64,000 bases of DNA, taken from assembly GCA_963814585.1 (NCBI GenBank), contig CAWFDF010000003.1:384001-448000 (forward strand), read 5' to 3'. Made by a program: the position numbers and the translations under genes. Of the stretch, positions 1 through 8,593 are shown in pieces; position 1 is the first letter of the stretch; every line of letters begins with the position of its first letter. The notes beneath the pieces are model-generated. The model was given only the letters and a program-made list of their open reading frames with translations. It had not been told where the DNA came from and searched no databases. This DNA comes from an uncultured delta proteobacterium. GTDB lineage: Bacteria > Myxococcota > Myxococcia > Myxococcales > Anaeromyxobacteraceae.

Positions 1-2194
1 TGGCCAGGGTGTACTGGGTGAGGTCGTTGGTGCCGACCGAGAAGAAGTCCACCTCGCGGGCCAGCAGCTCCACGATCACCGCCGCCGACGGCACCTCGAT
101 CATGACGCCGACCTTGACGGCCCGCTGGATGGTCTTCTGTTCCTCGGCCAGGATCTGCTTGGCGGCCCGCAGCTCCTCGAGCGAGGAGATCATGGGGAAC
201 ATGAGGTGCAGGTTTCCCGCCGGCGCCGATCGCAGCACGGCCCGCAGCTGGGCCCGGAACAGGTCCGGGTAGGCCAGGCTGACGCGGATGCCGCGCAGCC
301 CGAGGAAGGGGTTCTGCTCCTTCGGCATGGGCAGGTAGGGGAGCGGCTTGTCCCCGCCCACGTCCAGCGTTCGCAGGACGAACCGCCGCTCCGGGCCCAG
401 CACCCCGGCGATGGCGGTGTAGGCCTCGGCCTGCTCGTCCTCGCTGGGGGCCGACTCGCGTCCGAAGAAGAGGAACTCCGAGCGCAGCAGGCCGACCCCC
501 TCGGCGCCCTGGGCGATGGCCTCGCGGGCGTCCCCCAGGTTGCGGATGTTGGCGACCACCTCGACGCGGTGCCCGTCGCGGGTGCGGCCGGGCCCGATCG
601 CGGCCGCGGCGTCGGCCTCCCGCTGGGCCGCCTGGGAGGCGATGCGCTGGCGCACCAGCTTGACCTGGACCTCGTCGGGGCTCACCCGCAGGGTGCCGAG
701 GGTGCCGTCGACCACCACCCGCTCCCCATTCGGCAGCTGGAGGGCGGCCTCGTCGATCCCGCACACCGCCGGAATGCCGAGCGACCGGGCCAGGATGGCA
801 ACGTGGCTGGTCGACCCGCCGGTGGTGGTGCAGAAGCCGACGATCCGCGTCCGGTCGAACTCGGCTGTCTCGGTGGGCGTCAGCTCGTCGGCGACGAGGA
901 TCGAGCCCTCGGGGACCTCGACCTGGGCCTGGCTGATGCCGGCCAGCAGCGCCAGCAGCCGGCTGCCGATGTCACGCAGGTCGGCCGCCCGCTCGCGCAT
1001 GAGCGGGCTCTCGAGCTTCTCCAGCCGCCCGGCGTGCTGGGTGTAGGCCTCGCGCCACGCGAAGGCGGCGCTCTTTCCCTGGCCGAGCAGGGCGTCGGTG
1101 ATCTCGATGAGATCGGGGTCCTCGAGGAGCGCGATCTGCACCTCGAGGATCTGGGCCTTGGACCCATCGGCGATGTGGCGCCGCAGCGCATCGACCTGGC
1201 GCGCCGCCTCGCGGACCGCCGCGGCGAACCGCGCCCGCTCCTGCTCGAGCCCCTCGCCGTCGGGCGGGACCTCGATGGCGGCGTGTCGATGCTGGAAGAC
1301 CCGGCCCACGGCGAGGCCGGGCGAGGCCGGCACGCCGGTGAGATCCCCCGGGGAGGAGCTGACCACCCGCAGCTCCGGCGCGGCCCGTGGGAGGGCCGGA
1401 CGCTCCGCCAGGACCTCGCCGGCCGCCTCGCCGCAGCCCTCGGCGACCACCTGGACCAGGCGCTTCACCGCCGCCCGGGCGTCCCCGCCGGTGGCCTCGA
1501 ACCGGAGCTGCTCGCCCTTCCTGGTGGAGAGGCCCATGATGGCCACCACGGACTTGGCGTTGACGGTGTCCTGCCCGCGCCGGAGGCGGATGGTGGCGGT
1601 GTACTTCTTGGCCTCCCCGGCCAGCACCGCGGCCGGCCGGGCGTGCAGCCCGACCTCGTTGACCACCTCGACAGGCTCCGAGAGCACCGCCTCGCCCTCG
1701 CCCACCGCGACCGCGCCGCGGACGCCCTTCAGCTCGAGCCGGAGCAGCACCGTCTGGCCGGCCACGGCCAGGCCGTGGGCCGGCACCAGGCGCGCCACCC
1801 GCTCGCCGTCGGTGACGATCACCGCCGTGAGGAGGCTGCGGGCCCTGCGGGCCACGGCCTCCGGTTCGAAGCGCAGCACCACCTGGCCGCGCTCGACCCG
1901 GTCGCCGAGCGCGACCGCCGGGGTGAAGCCGGCGCCCGCCAGGGTGACCGTGTCGAGCCCGACGTGGACCAGCACCTCGACGCCCTCGTCGGTGGTGATG
2001 GCGAGCGCGTGGTGGGCGGCGTGGAACTGGCTGACGGCGCCGGATACGGGGGCCAGCACCTCGCAGGAGGTCGGATCGATCGCCACCCCGTCGCCGACCA
2101 TCTTCCTCGCGAACACCGGGTCCGGGACCGAGTCGAGCGGGACGATGACGCCGGAGAGCGGCGCCAGGATGTCCAAACCGGGGGTTGCTGGCAT
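1..2194 (-). CDS. ptsP: PTS multiphosphoryl transfer protein (EIIA-Glc family + HPr + enzyme I fusion); 3' end runs off the window
   Basis: Absent from the ORF track because it has no stop in the window. Manual translation from ATG 2194 (GGAG RBS): LAPLSGVIVPLDSVPDPVFARKMVGDGVAI and VHVGLDTV (EIIA); VNEVGLHARPAA and NAKSVVAIMGL (HPr); GGSTSHVAILARS, RTLDVGGDK, NPFLGLRGIR, MIEVP and FFSVGTNDLTQY (EI). Confidence 0.95.
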   Translation of the reverse strand, partial: MPATPGLDILAPLSGVIVPLDSVPDPVFARKMVGDGVAIDPTSCEVLAPVSGAVSQFHAAHHALAITTDEGVEVLVHVGLDTVTLAGAGFTPAVALGDRVERGQVVLRFEPEAVARRARSLLTAVIVTDGERVARLVPAHGLAVAGQTVLLRLELKGVRGAVAVGEGEAVLSEPVEVVNEVGLHARPAAVLAGEAKKYTATIRLRRGQDTVNAKSVVAIMGLSTRKGEQLRFEATGGDARAAVKRLVQVVAEGCGEAAGEVLAERPALPRAAPELRVVSSSPGDLTGVPASPGLAVGRVFQHRHAAIEVPPDGEGLEQERARFAAAVREAARQVDALRRHIADGSKAQILEVQIALLEDPDLIEITDALLGQGKSAAFAWREAYTQHAGRLEKLESPLMRERAADLRDIGSRLLALLAGISQAQVEVPEGSILVADELTPTETAEFDRTRIVGFCTTTGGSTSHVAILARSLGIPAVCGIDEAALQLPNGERVVVDGTLGTLRVSPDEVQVKLVRQRIASQAAQREADAAAAIGPGRTRDGHRVEVVANIRNLGDAREAIAQGAEGVGLLRSEFLFFGRESAPSEDEQAEAYTAIAGVLGPERRFVLRTLDVGGDKPLPYLPMPKEQNPFLGLRGIRVSLAYPDLFRAQLRAVLRSAPAGNLHLMFPMISSLEELRAAKQILAEEQKTIQRAVKVGVMIEVPSAAVIVELLAREVDFFSVGTNDLTQYTLA

Positions 2195-2244
2195 GGCTCC
2201 CACACTTCCAGTCTAGCGGCGATGGGAATCGGCGGCGAGGTCGC

Positions 2245-3471
2245 TCACCGGAACTGGTAGAGGATCCGGAGGCGGACCGACTTGAGGGCGTTCTCGTACT
2301 CGCTGTTGGCGTCGGCGTCCTGGATGTGCGCCAGCGCCCAGCCGTAGACTGCCTTGACGCTCAGCCCCTCGATGGGCAGCCGGAAGAGGTAGGAGACGAA
2401 GGCCTGGTACTGCCAGTTCTCCTCCCCCTTGGCGTTCTTCTGGGTGGTGCGGTGGTAGCCGGCGCCGAAGGAGTTCTTCCAGAAGGCCAGGTCGACCCAG
2501 CCGCCCACGCTGGTCTTGTCGTAGGTCTGGGCCGCGTTCACGAGGCCGCTGATGTCGGTGACGTCCACCGTGGCGTGGGAGGCGTCCACGCCGGCGGTGA
2601 CGTAGGGGAAGATGTACTGCAGCCGGGCGCCATAGCCCTGGGCGGTGGTCTCGACCTTGTCGCCGGCCTTCACCGGCGTCTGGGTCAGGTACTCGTAGCC
2701 GCCCACGAGCTGCAGGCGGCCGAGGTGGAGGTCGACGGCCGGCCGGATGCCGAGGCTGTTCTGCTCCGTCTCGAACCCGTACACGCCTGCCAGCTCGAAG
2801 CTGAGCCAGTCGGTGGGGCGGAGGTGGAAGGCGGCCTGCCCGGGCCCGTTGGTCTGGCCGCGGGTGAAGTCGACCAGGTACAGCCGCGGTCCGCCGGAGG
2901 CGCCGGCCTCCTCGGCCGAGTAGAGCTCGATGCCCTGGCCGCGGTAGTAGATCTCCCAGGCGAGCAGGCGGCCGACCTGCAGGTCCCAGAGCGGGGTCCC
3001 GACCTGGAGGTAGACGTCCTGGACGTGGGACTCGCCGTACTTCCCGTCGGCGAAGTCGTTCACCAGCGCCAGCAGCTCCAGCTTGGCGAGGGCGGTGAGG
3101 TTGCCGAAGGTGCGCGAGTAGGTGGCGCCCAGCACGAAGCGGCCGGTCATGTACTCGGTGTTCTGGTTGGGCAGGCCGGGCTGGGTGTTGTCCCGGTTCA
3201 TGTAGCCGGTGTCCACCCAGAACTCCCCGTAGAGGCGGAGAGGGACGGCCGGCCTGGTCGGCAGGTACCAGCCCGCCATCGGGGACAGCTCCGCGGCGGC
3301 CTGGGCCACCGGGATGGCGCGTCCCTCGGTCGGCACGGCCTGGGCGGTCGGTTCGGCGGGCGGCACCGCGGGTGCGGTCGTCTCCTGGGCCATGACCGTG
3401 CCGGCCAGGCCCAGCCACAGGGCGGCGGTGAGCGGCATCCAAGGCGTGCCTGCGATCTTCTCGATCTTCAC
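2245..3471 (-). CDS. Outer-membrane beta-barrel protein, putative carbohydrate porin
   Basis: Signal peptide, amphipathic aromatic-rich beta strands and C-terminal RILYQFR. Substrate inferred from its position between GH3 and PTS genes. Confidence 0.7.
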   Translation of the reverse strand: MKIEKIAGTPWMPLTAALWLGLAGTVMAQETTAPAVPPAEPTAQAVPTEGRAIPVAQAAAELSPMAGWYLPTRPAVPLRLYGEFWVDTGYMNRDNTQPGLPNQNTEYMTGRFVLGATYSRTFGNLTALAKLELLALVNDFADGKYGESHVQDVYLQVGTPLWDLQVGRLLAWEIYYRGQGIELYSAEEAGASGGPRLYLVDFTRGQTNGPGQAAFHLRPTDWLSFELAGVYGFETEQNSLGIRPAVDLHLGRLQLVGGYEYLTQTPVKAGDKVETTAQGYGARLQYIFPYVTAGVDASHATVDVTDISGLVNAAQTYDKTSVGGWVDLAFWKNSFGAGYHRTTQKNAKGEENWQYQAFVSYLFRLPIEGLSVKAVYGWALAHIQDADANSEYENALKSVRLRILYQFR

Positions 3472-3502
3472 GTGGTCCTCGATCCGGTCGAGCCGCGGCC
3501 GG

Positions 3503-5827
3503 TCACTGGATGGTGAACGAACCCGTCTGCAGGTTCGGGTCGGTGGTGCTCGACGACGGGCCGACGTAGAGCTGGTAGGCCATCTTCTCGACGGTCATCC
3601 TCTGGGCCGCGACGCTCCAGTAGGCGAGGTCCGCCCCCTTGACCTGGAACGTGACGGTCTGCTTGGTACCCGGGGCGAGGTCGGCGACACGGGCGAAGGC
3701 CTTGAGCTCCTTCTTGGGGCGCCCCCAGGTGTCGGCCACCGAGGTGTTGTCGAAGCCGACGTAGAGCTGGGCCACCTCGGAGCCAGCCACCGGCCCGGTG
3801 TTCTGCACGTCCACCTTGACGGTGAGCGTCCCGATCTCGGACAGGGGGGAGTTGACCACCTGGAGGTTGGAGTAGGCGAAGGTCGTGTAGGAGAGGCCGT
3901 AGCCGAACGGGTACCGCGGGGCCTTGCCCTGCCGCTCCAGCCAGCGGTAGCCGTGGTAGTAGCCGTAGCTCACGTCTCCGGTGGTGGTGTTGTCGAAGGG
4001 CGGCAGGTCGGACTCGGCCATCGGGAAGCTCTGGACCAGCTTGCCGCTCGGGTTCACGTCGCCAAAGACGATCTCACCGAGCGCGGTCCCCTCCTTCATG
4101 CCCGCGAACCAGGCCATCACCACCGCGTCGGCGCCGGCCAGCCAGGGATCGACGATGATGGCGCCGCCGCTCTTCAGCACCACGATCACCTTGAGCGCCG
4201 GGTTGGCGGTCTTGAGCGCCACCGCGTTGGCGATGTTGGTGAGGTCGCGCGCCGGGAGCGACATGCTGACCCGGTCCTTCCACTCCCCCTCCTCGCCGCT
4301 GGAGGATCTGGCCAGGTCCGCGGGGAAGTAGGCGGCCACCACCACCACCGCGTCCGAGTCCTGGATGGCGGCCTCGTTGCCGGCCACGTTCTCGAAGGTG
4401 AGCGCGCACTTGGCCACGCCGCCGCAGGAGGTCGTCGAGGTGTTGGTGGCGCCGAGGGCGGCGCTCAGCCCCTCCCACGGCGTGATCACCAGCTCGCCGT
4501 CCACCACCTTGGCGTCGGAGGAGCCCTTGTCCCCCATGTTCTCGGCGTTCGAGAACTTCCCGACCAGGGCGATCTTGGCCGTGGTGGTGCGGGACAGCGG
4601 CAGGACGTCGTCGCCGAGGGCGGCGGTCGGGCCGTTCTTGAGGAGGGTGATCCCCTCGCGAGCCGACTGCAGCGCCAGCGCCTGGGTGGCGTCCGACTTG
4701 GTCAGCCACGGCGTCCAGGCCACGGGGTGGGCGATGAGGCCGAAGTGCACCTTCGAGTAGAGGATGCGCAGCACGGCCTCGTCGACCAGCTTGACGTCCA
4801 CCTGGCCCTGGGCCAATGCCTGCACCAGCCGGCTCCCGTAGTAGTAGGTGCAGTCGAAGATGCTCGGGCAGACCCCCTCGCTGAAGGGCATCTCGATGTC
4901 GAGACCGGCCACCGGCGAGGTGAGCGTCTTCCCCTTGGCGAACCAGTCGGAGACCACCCAGCCCTGGTAGCCCCAGCCGGTCTTGAGGATGTCGCGGACC
5001 AGGTCGGTGTTCTCGCCGCTGTAGCTGCCGTTGACGCGGTTGTAGGAGGACATGACGCAGGAGACGCCCGCCTCGGTGGCCTTCCTGAAGTGCGGCAGGT
5101 AGACCTCGCGCAGGGTCCGCTCGTCCAGGACCGCGTTGACGTAGATGCGGGTGTCCTCGATGTTGTTGGCGGCGAAGTGCTTGGCGCAGGGCTGCACCCG
5201 GTAGGCGGACTGGATGACCTGGCCCGGATCGGCGGGGTCGGCCACGGCCGGGTCGTACTGGGCCCCGGTGATGAAGGACGACCCCATGGCCCCGAGCAGG
5301 AAGGAGTCCTCGCCATAGGACTCCTGGGCCCGGCCCCAGCGCGGGTGGGAGACCTGGTTGATGGTGGGGGCGAGCAGGATGTGGCGCCCGAGGTAGCGCA
5401 TCTCGTCGGCCATGCCCTTGCCGATCCTCCGCTCCAGCTCCAGGTCCCAGGAGGCGGCCCGGGCCGCGGCCACCGGGTAGACGGTGGTGCCGTAGGTGGA
5501 GTTGTACCAGCGCACGCCGCGGGGCCCGTCCATGAAGAGGAAGCCGGGGATGCCGAGCCGGGTATTCGTCCCCTGGTCGAACATGTTGTTGGGGTTGAAG
5601 GTCAGCCCACTCATCTGCTGGACCTTCTCCTCCACCGACATGGACCGCAGCAGGGAGAGGGCGGTCGTCACCTCGGCGTCGTTGCAGTCGAGCCCGACCT
5701 TGACCGCGGCCGGATCGCAGGAGGTCTCCTGGTTGGTGGGGCCCTTGGGGGACGGGCAGCCGGTGCCCGACAGGACGACCCAGGCGAGGAGGCTGGCCCT
5801 GGCCACGGCGTGGACGGTCTTCTTCAT
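3503..5827 (-). CDS. GH3 beta-glucosidase with C-terminal Fn3-like domain, probable lipoprotein
   Basis: MDGPRGVR, PRWGRAQESYGED, KHFAANNIE, MSSYNRVNG, nucleophile VVSDW, YPFGYGLSYTTF, PKKELKAF; lipobox-like LSGTGC. Confidence 0.95.
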   Translation of the reverse strand: MKKTVHAVARASLLAWVVLSGTGCPSPKGPTNQETSCDPAAVKVGLDCNDAEVTTALSLLRSMSVEEKVQQMSGLTFNPNNMFDQGTNTRLGIPGFLFMDGPRGVRWYNSTYGTTVYPVAAARAASWDLELERRIGKGMADEMRYLGRHILLAPTINQVSHPRWGRAQESYGEDSFLLGAMGSSFITGAQYDPAVADPADPGQVIQSAYRVQPCAKHFAANNIEDTRIYVNAVLDERTLREVYLPHFRKATEAGVSCVMSSYNRVNGSYSGENTDLVRDILKTGWGYQGWVVSDWFAKGKTLTSPVAGLDIEMPFSEGVCPSIFDCTYYYGSRLVQALAQGQVDVKLVDEAVLRILYSKVHFGLIAHPVAWTPWLTKSDATQALALQSAREGITLLKNGPTAALGDDVLPLSRTTTAKIALVGKFSNAENMGDKGSSDAKVVDGELVITPWEGLSAALGATNTSTTSCGGVAKCALTFENVAGNEAAIQDSDAVVVVAAYFPADLARSSSGEEGEWKDRVSMSLPARDLTNIANAVALKTANPALKVIVVLKSGGAIIVDPWLAGADAVVMAWFAGMKEGTALGEIVFGDVNPSGKLVQSFPMAESDLPPFDNTTTGDVSYGYYHGYRWLERQGKAPRYPFGYGLSYTTFAYSNLQVVNSPLSEIGTLTVKVDVQNTGPVAGSEVAQLYVGFDNTSVADTWGRPKKELKAFARVADLAPGTKQTVTFQVKGADLAYWSVAAQRMTVEKMAYQLYVGPSSSTTDPNLQTGSFTIQ

Positions 5828-5893
5828 GAGTCTCTCGATCGCCTGGGATGGATGGAGGGGGCCGGCGGCGGCGAGGCCGCCGGCCTGGCAAGA

Positions 5894-8386
5894 TCAGAAC
5901 ATGTTGGTCGGAATGCCGAATCCCTTGACGAAGGTCGCGTGCTGGCCGTCGCCGGGGAGGTCCGACACCTGGGACGCGGCCGCCGCGTCGGAGAGCGGCA
6001 GCCCGACCGGCAGCGTGCCCCGCCCGTTGACGATGCCGAAGGCCACGTCGAGGAAGATCTTGTCGGTGATGTTGGGCGGCGTGGTCCCGTTCCACTGCAC
6101 GTAGAGGCCGCTCACCCCCATGGCCAGGATCTCGCTCACCACCGATGGCCTTCCGGCGTCCACGCCGACGATGATCTGGGCCTGCGAGGGCGAGGTGGGG
6201 TGGGCCTGGTTCCAGGCGGTGATGGCGTCGCGCGCGGCGATGACGGGCTGCAGCGCCGAGGCGTTGGCGCTGCCGGCGTACTCCAGCGACTGCAGCGGGT
6301 AGGAGAAGCTCCCGCTGTCCGGGTCCACGGTGAACGGCGCCGCGAGGCGGATGAAGACGTAGTCGGAGAGGGCCATCCGCTCGGCGTCCGTGGTCACCGG
6401 CACCGTCTTCACCGAGGAGGTGCCGTTGGTCATGGTGCCGTAGCCGGTGGAGACCGAACCGACGTAGTTCGAATCGAAGTCGCCGGCGATGAAGTAGTCG
6501 CAGCCGGCGGCGATGTAGGGTGAGCCGGGAGGCGCGGGGAGCACCTTGAGCGTGCCGTTGCCGGCGTTCCCCGGGTCCCCGGTCTGCGTGCCGTCGCCGG
6601 AGCCATTGAGCCAGCCCATCGGCTTGGCGGCGTTGACGAGGAGCACCATGCCCCGGTTCCCGGCGTCGAGGCCACCGTTGAGGGCCGTGTCGCTGTTCAC
6701 CAGCGCCGGCGCCATGTTCGGGTCGACGTAGGGGTTCTCGAAGAGCCCGAGCCGGAAGGCCAGCGCCAGCGCCCGTCTTGCCGAGGCGTCGATCTGGGCG
6801 TCGGAGATGTCACCGGCGGTCCGGGCCGCCGCGACCGGCGTGACGTCGGCCAGGCCGCCGAACTGGTCGACGCCGGCGTCCACCGCCTTGGCGAGGCGCT
6901 GGGCCTGGGTCAGCCCCTCCACGCCCCACGGGGCGCCGAACCCGGAGGCCGTGGGCGGGATCACCTCGTTGTCGAGAACGCCCCAGGGGGCCAGCACCAG
7001 GCCGCCGAAGGCGTAGGAGCCGCGCAGGGCGTCGGTGAGGAGCTTGGCGTTGAACGAGGCGCCCACCTGCTCGATGGTGGACCCGTCGAGGACGCCGGCC
7101 AGGCCGGTCCAGGTGCCCCTCTCGGGGACGCCGTGGGCCGGCATGACGCCGGCCACGCCGGCGGTGATGGCCCTGGCGAACGGCGCCAGGTGGGCGTCGA
7201 CGGCGTTGCCCGGGTAGCCGACCAGCCGGCCCTTGGCCAGCTTGGCGTCCCAGCCGCCCTTGGCCGGGCCGGCCCCAGGGAAGGAGTTGACCACGCAGGC
7301 GAGGCTGGTCGGGCCCAGGGTGTCTCCCTGGGCCGCCTTCACGAAGGCCTCGACCCGGTTGGCCACAGCCACGGAGTCCTCACCGTAGGTGAACTGCGAG
7401 CCGAACCAGCGTGGCTCGGTGGCCAGGTTGGCCGAGGGGCCGAGCAACATGCGGACGCCGATGGCCCGGAACTCCTGCGAGACCACCTGGCCGAACAGCT
7501 GGATCAGGGCCAGGTCGTCGCTGGCAGCGAGCGAGAGCTCGCTCGGCCACTTCGAGAAGTCCCTGGCCTTGACCCGGCCGTTGCCCGAGGAGTGGGCCGG
7601 CTGGCTGGAGATGACGAAGGGGACGCCGAGGGTGGTGGCCTCGCAGGCCTCCTGGACGGCGTTGGCCCAGGTGGCGCGCGGCCTGGGCTGCGTGCTGGTG
7701 GCGGTGGAGAGGCCGAAGCGGACGCCACTGGTGATGAGGGAGAGTGTTGCAGGCAGGAGCACGTTGGTGTCGGCCAGCGAGGGGTGGAGCTGCAGCGCCA
7801 TCCTCTGGTCGACCGTCATACGGCCGGCCAGATCGGTGGCCCGTGCGTCGGCGGTTTGGGTCCAGTCCTCGTAGGGCTGGAGGGCGCTGTCGTTGTTCAG
7901 GTCCCTGAACTGCAGGTCCACCGGGCACTCCACCAGGGCATTCCCGGCCACGCTGGCGAAGGCGGTGGTGAAGGTCCTGACGGTCTTGCCCGACGAGGGC
8001 CTCACCGCCAGCACCGGCTGCGCGGCGACGAGCTCCGCCTTCCGGGTCACGTTGGCGGCCTTGTCGCACTCCGCGAGCACCACGGCCGAGAAGGTCGCGC
8101 CGATGACCTTGTCGGCGTCCATCGTGATGGTTGCGGGGCTCGTGCTCCCGGTCAGCGCGCCAGTCCAGGCGGAGAACTGGTAACCGCCAGCCGGCGTGGC
8201 CGTGACGGTCACCACGGTGCCTGCGGTGTAGGTCCCACCCGACGGGTTGAGTGTGATGGTCCCGTTGGACGGGGTCGTCACCGTGAGGACGTACTGCACC
8301 GCCGGGGTGCTGTCGCCGCCACCGCAGGCCGCCATGCCAAGCAGGAGGGCCGCCGCAACCGTCCTTCCGAGAGCTCTCGTCGTCAT
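5894..8386 (-). CDS. GH3-fold lipoprotein with N-terminal InlB-B/Flg_new-like repeat; catalytic residues degenerate
   Basis: Start ATG 8386 after GAGGAGAGG; lipobox LGMAAC; GTYTAGTVVTVTATPAGGYQFSAWTG repeat domain; colinear with the adjacent GH3 (FRDLN..PYEDW, ATEPRW, EQVGAS, FRLGLFENPY), but KH is replaced by NS and nucleophile GDW by APW. Confidence 0.9.
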   Translation of the reverse strand: MTTRALGRTVAAALLLGMAACGGGDSTPAVQYVLTVTTPSNGTITLNPSGGTYTAGTVVTVTATPAGGYQFSAWTGALTGSTSPATITMDADKVIGATFSAVVLAECDKAANVTRKAELVAAQPVLAVRPSSGKTVRTFTTAFASVAGNALVECPVDLQFRDLNNDSALQPYEDWTQTADARATDLAGRMTVDQRMALQLHPSLADTNVLLPATLSLITSGVRFGLSTATSTQPRPRATWANAVQEACEATTLGVPFVISSQPAHSSGNGRVKARDFSKWPSELSLAASDDLALIQLFGQVVSQEFRAIGVRMLLGPSANLATEPRWFGSQFTYGEDSVAVANRVEAFVKAAQGDTLGPTSLACVVNSFPGAGPAKGGWDAKLAKGRLVGYPGNAVDAHLAPFARAITAGVAGVMPAHGVPERGTWTGLAGVLDGSTIEQVGASFNAKLLTDALRGSYAFGGLVLAPWGVLDNEVIPPTASGFGAPWGVEGLTQAQRLAKAVDAGVDQFGGLADVTPVAAARTAGDISDAQIDASARRALALAFRLGLFENPYVDPNMAPALVNSDTALNGGLDAGNRGMVLLVNAAKPMGWLNGSGDGTQTGDPGNAGNGTLKVLPAPPGSPYIAAGCDYFIAGDFDSNYVGSVSTGYGTMTNGTSSVKTVPVTTDAERMALSDYVFIRLAAPFTVDPDSGSFSYPLQSLEYAGSANASALQPVIAARDAITAWNQAHPTSPSQAQIIVGVDAGRPSVVSEILAMGVSGLYVQWNGTTPPNITDKIFLDVAFGIVNGRGTLPVGLPLSDAAAASQVSDLPGDGQHATFVKGFGIPTNMF

Positions 8387-8593
8387 GGTCCTCTCCTCGC
8401 CTTTCCCCGGGATCCGCCCGGGATGTTCCCTGGAGCTGCACCCCGTCCCGAGTCCGCCACCCACCCGGCAGGAACACCAGCCCGGTGGGCACCGGACTCG
8501 CGGAGAGGGCGGCCAGGCCGGGGTCCGCGCTGGACCCCGGCGTTGCGCGCCTTCTCCATCCGCGGGAACGTCCCGCGGTTCGAGTCCCTCGGC

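Noticed and set aside
8570..8592. GGTTCGAGTCCC resembling a tRNA T-loop
   Set aside because: The T-stem does not pair fully, and no D-arm, anticodon arm or acceptor stem can be built.
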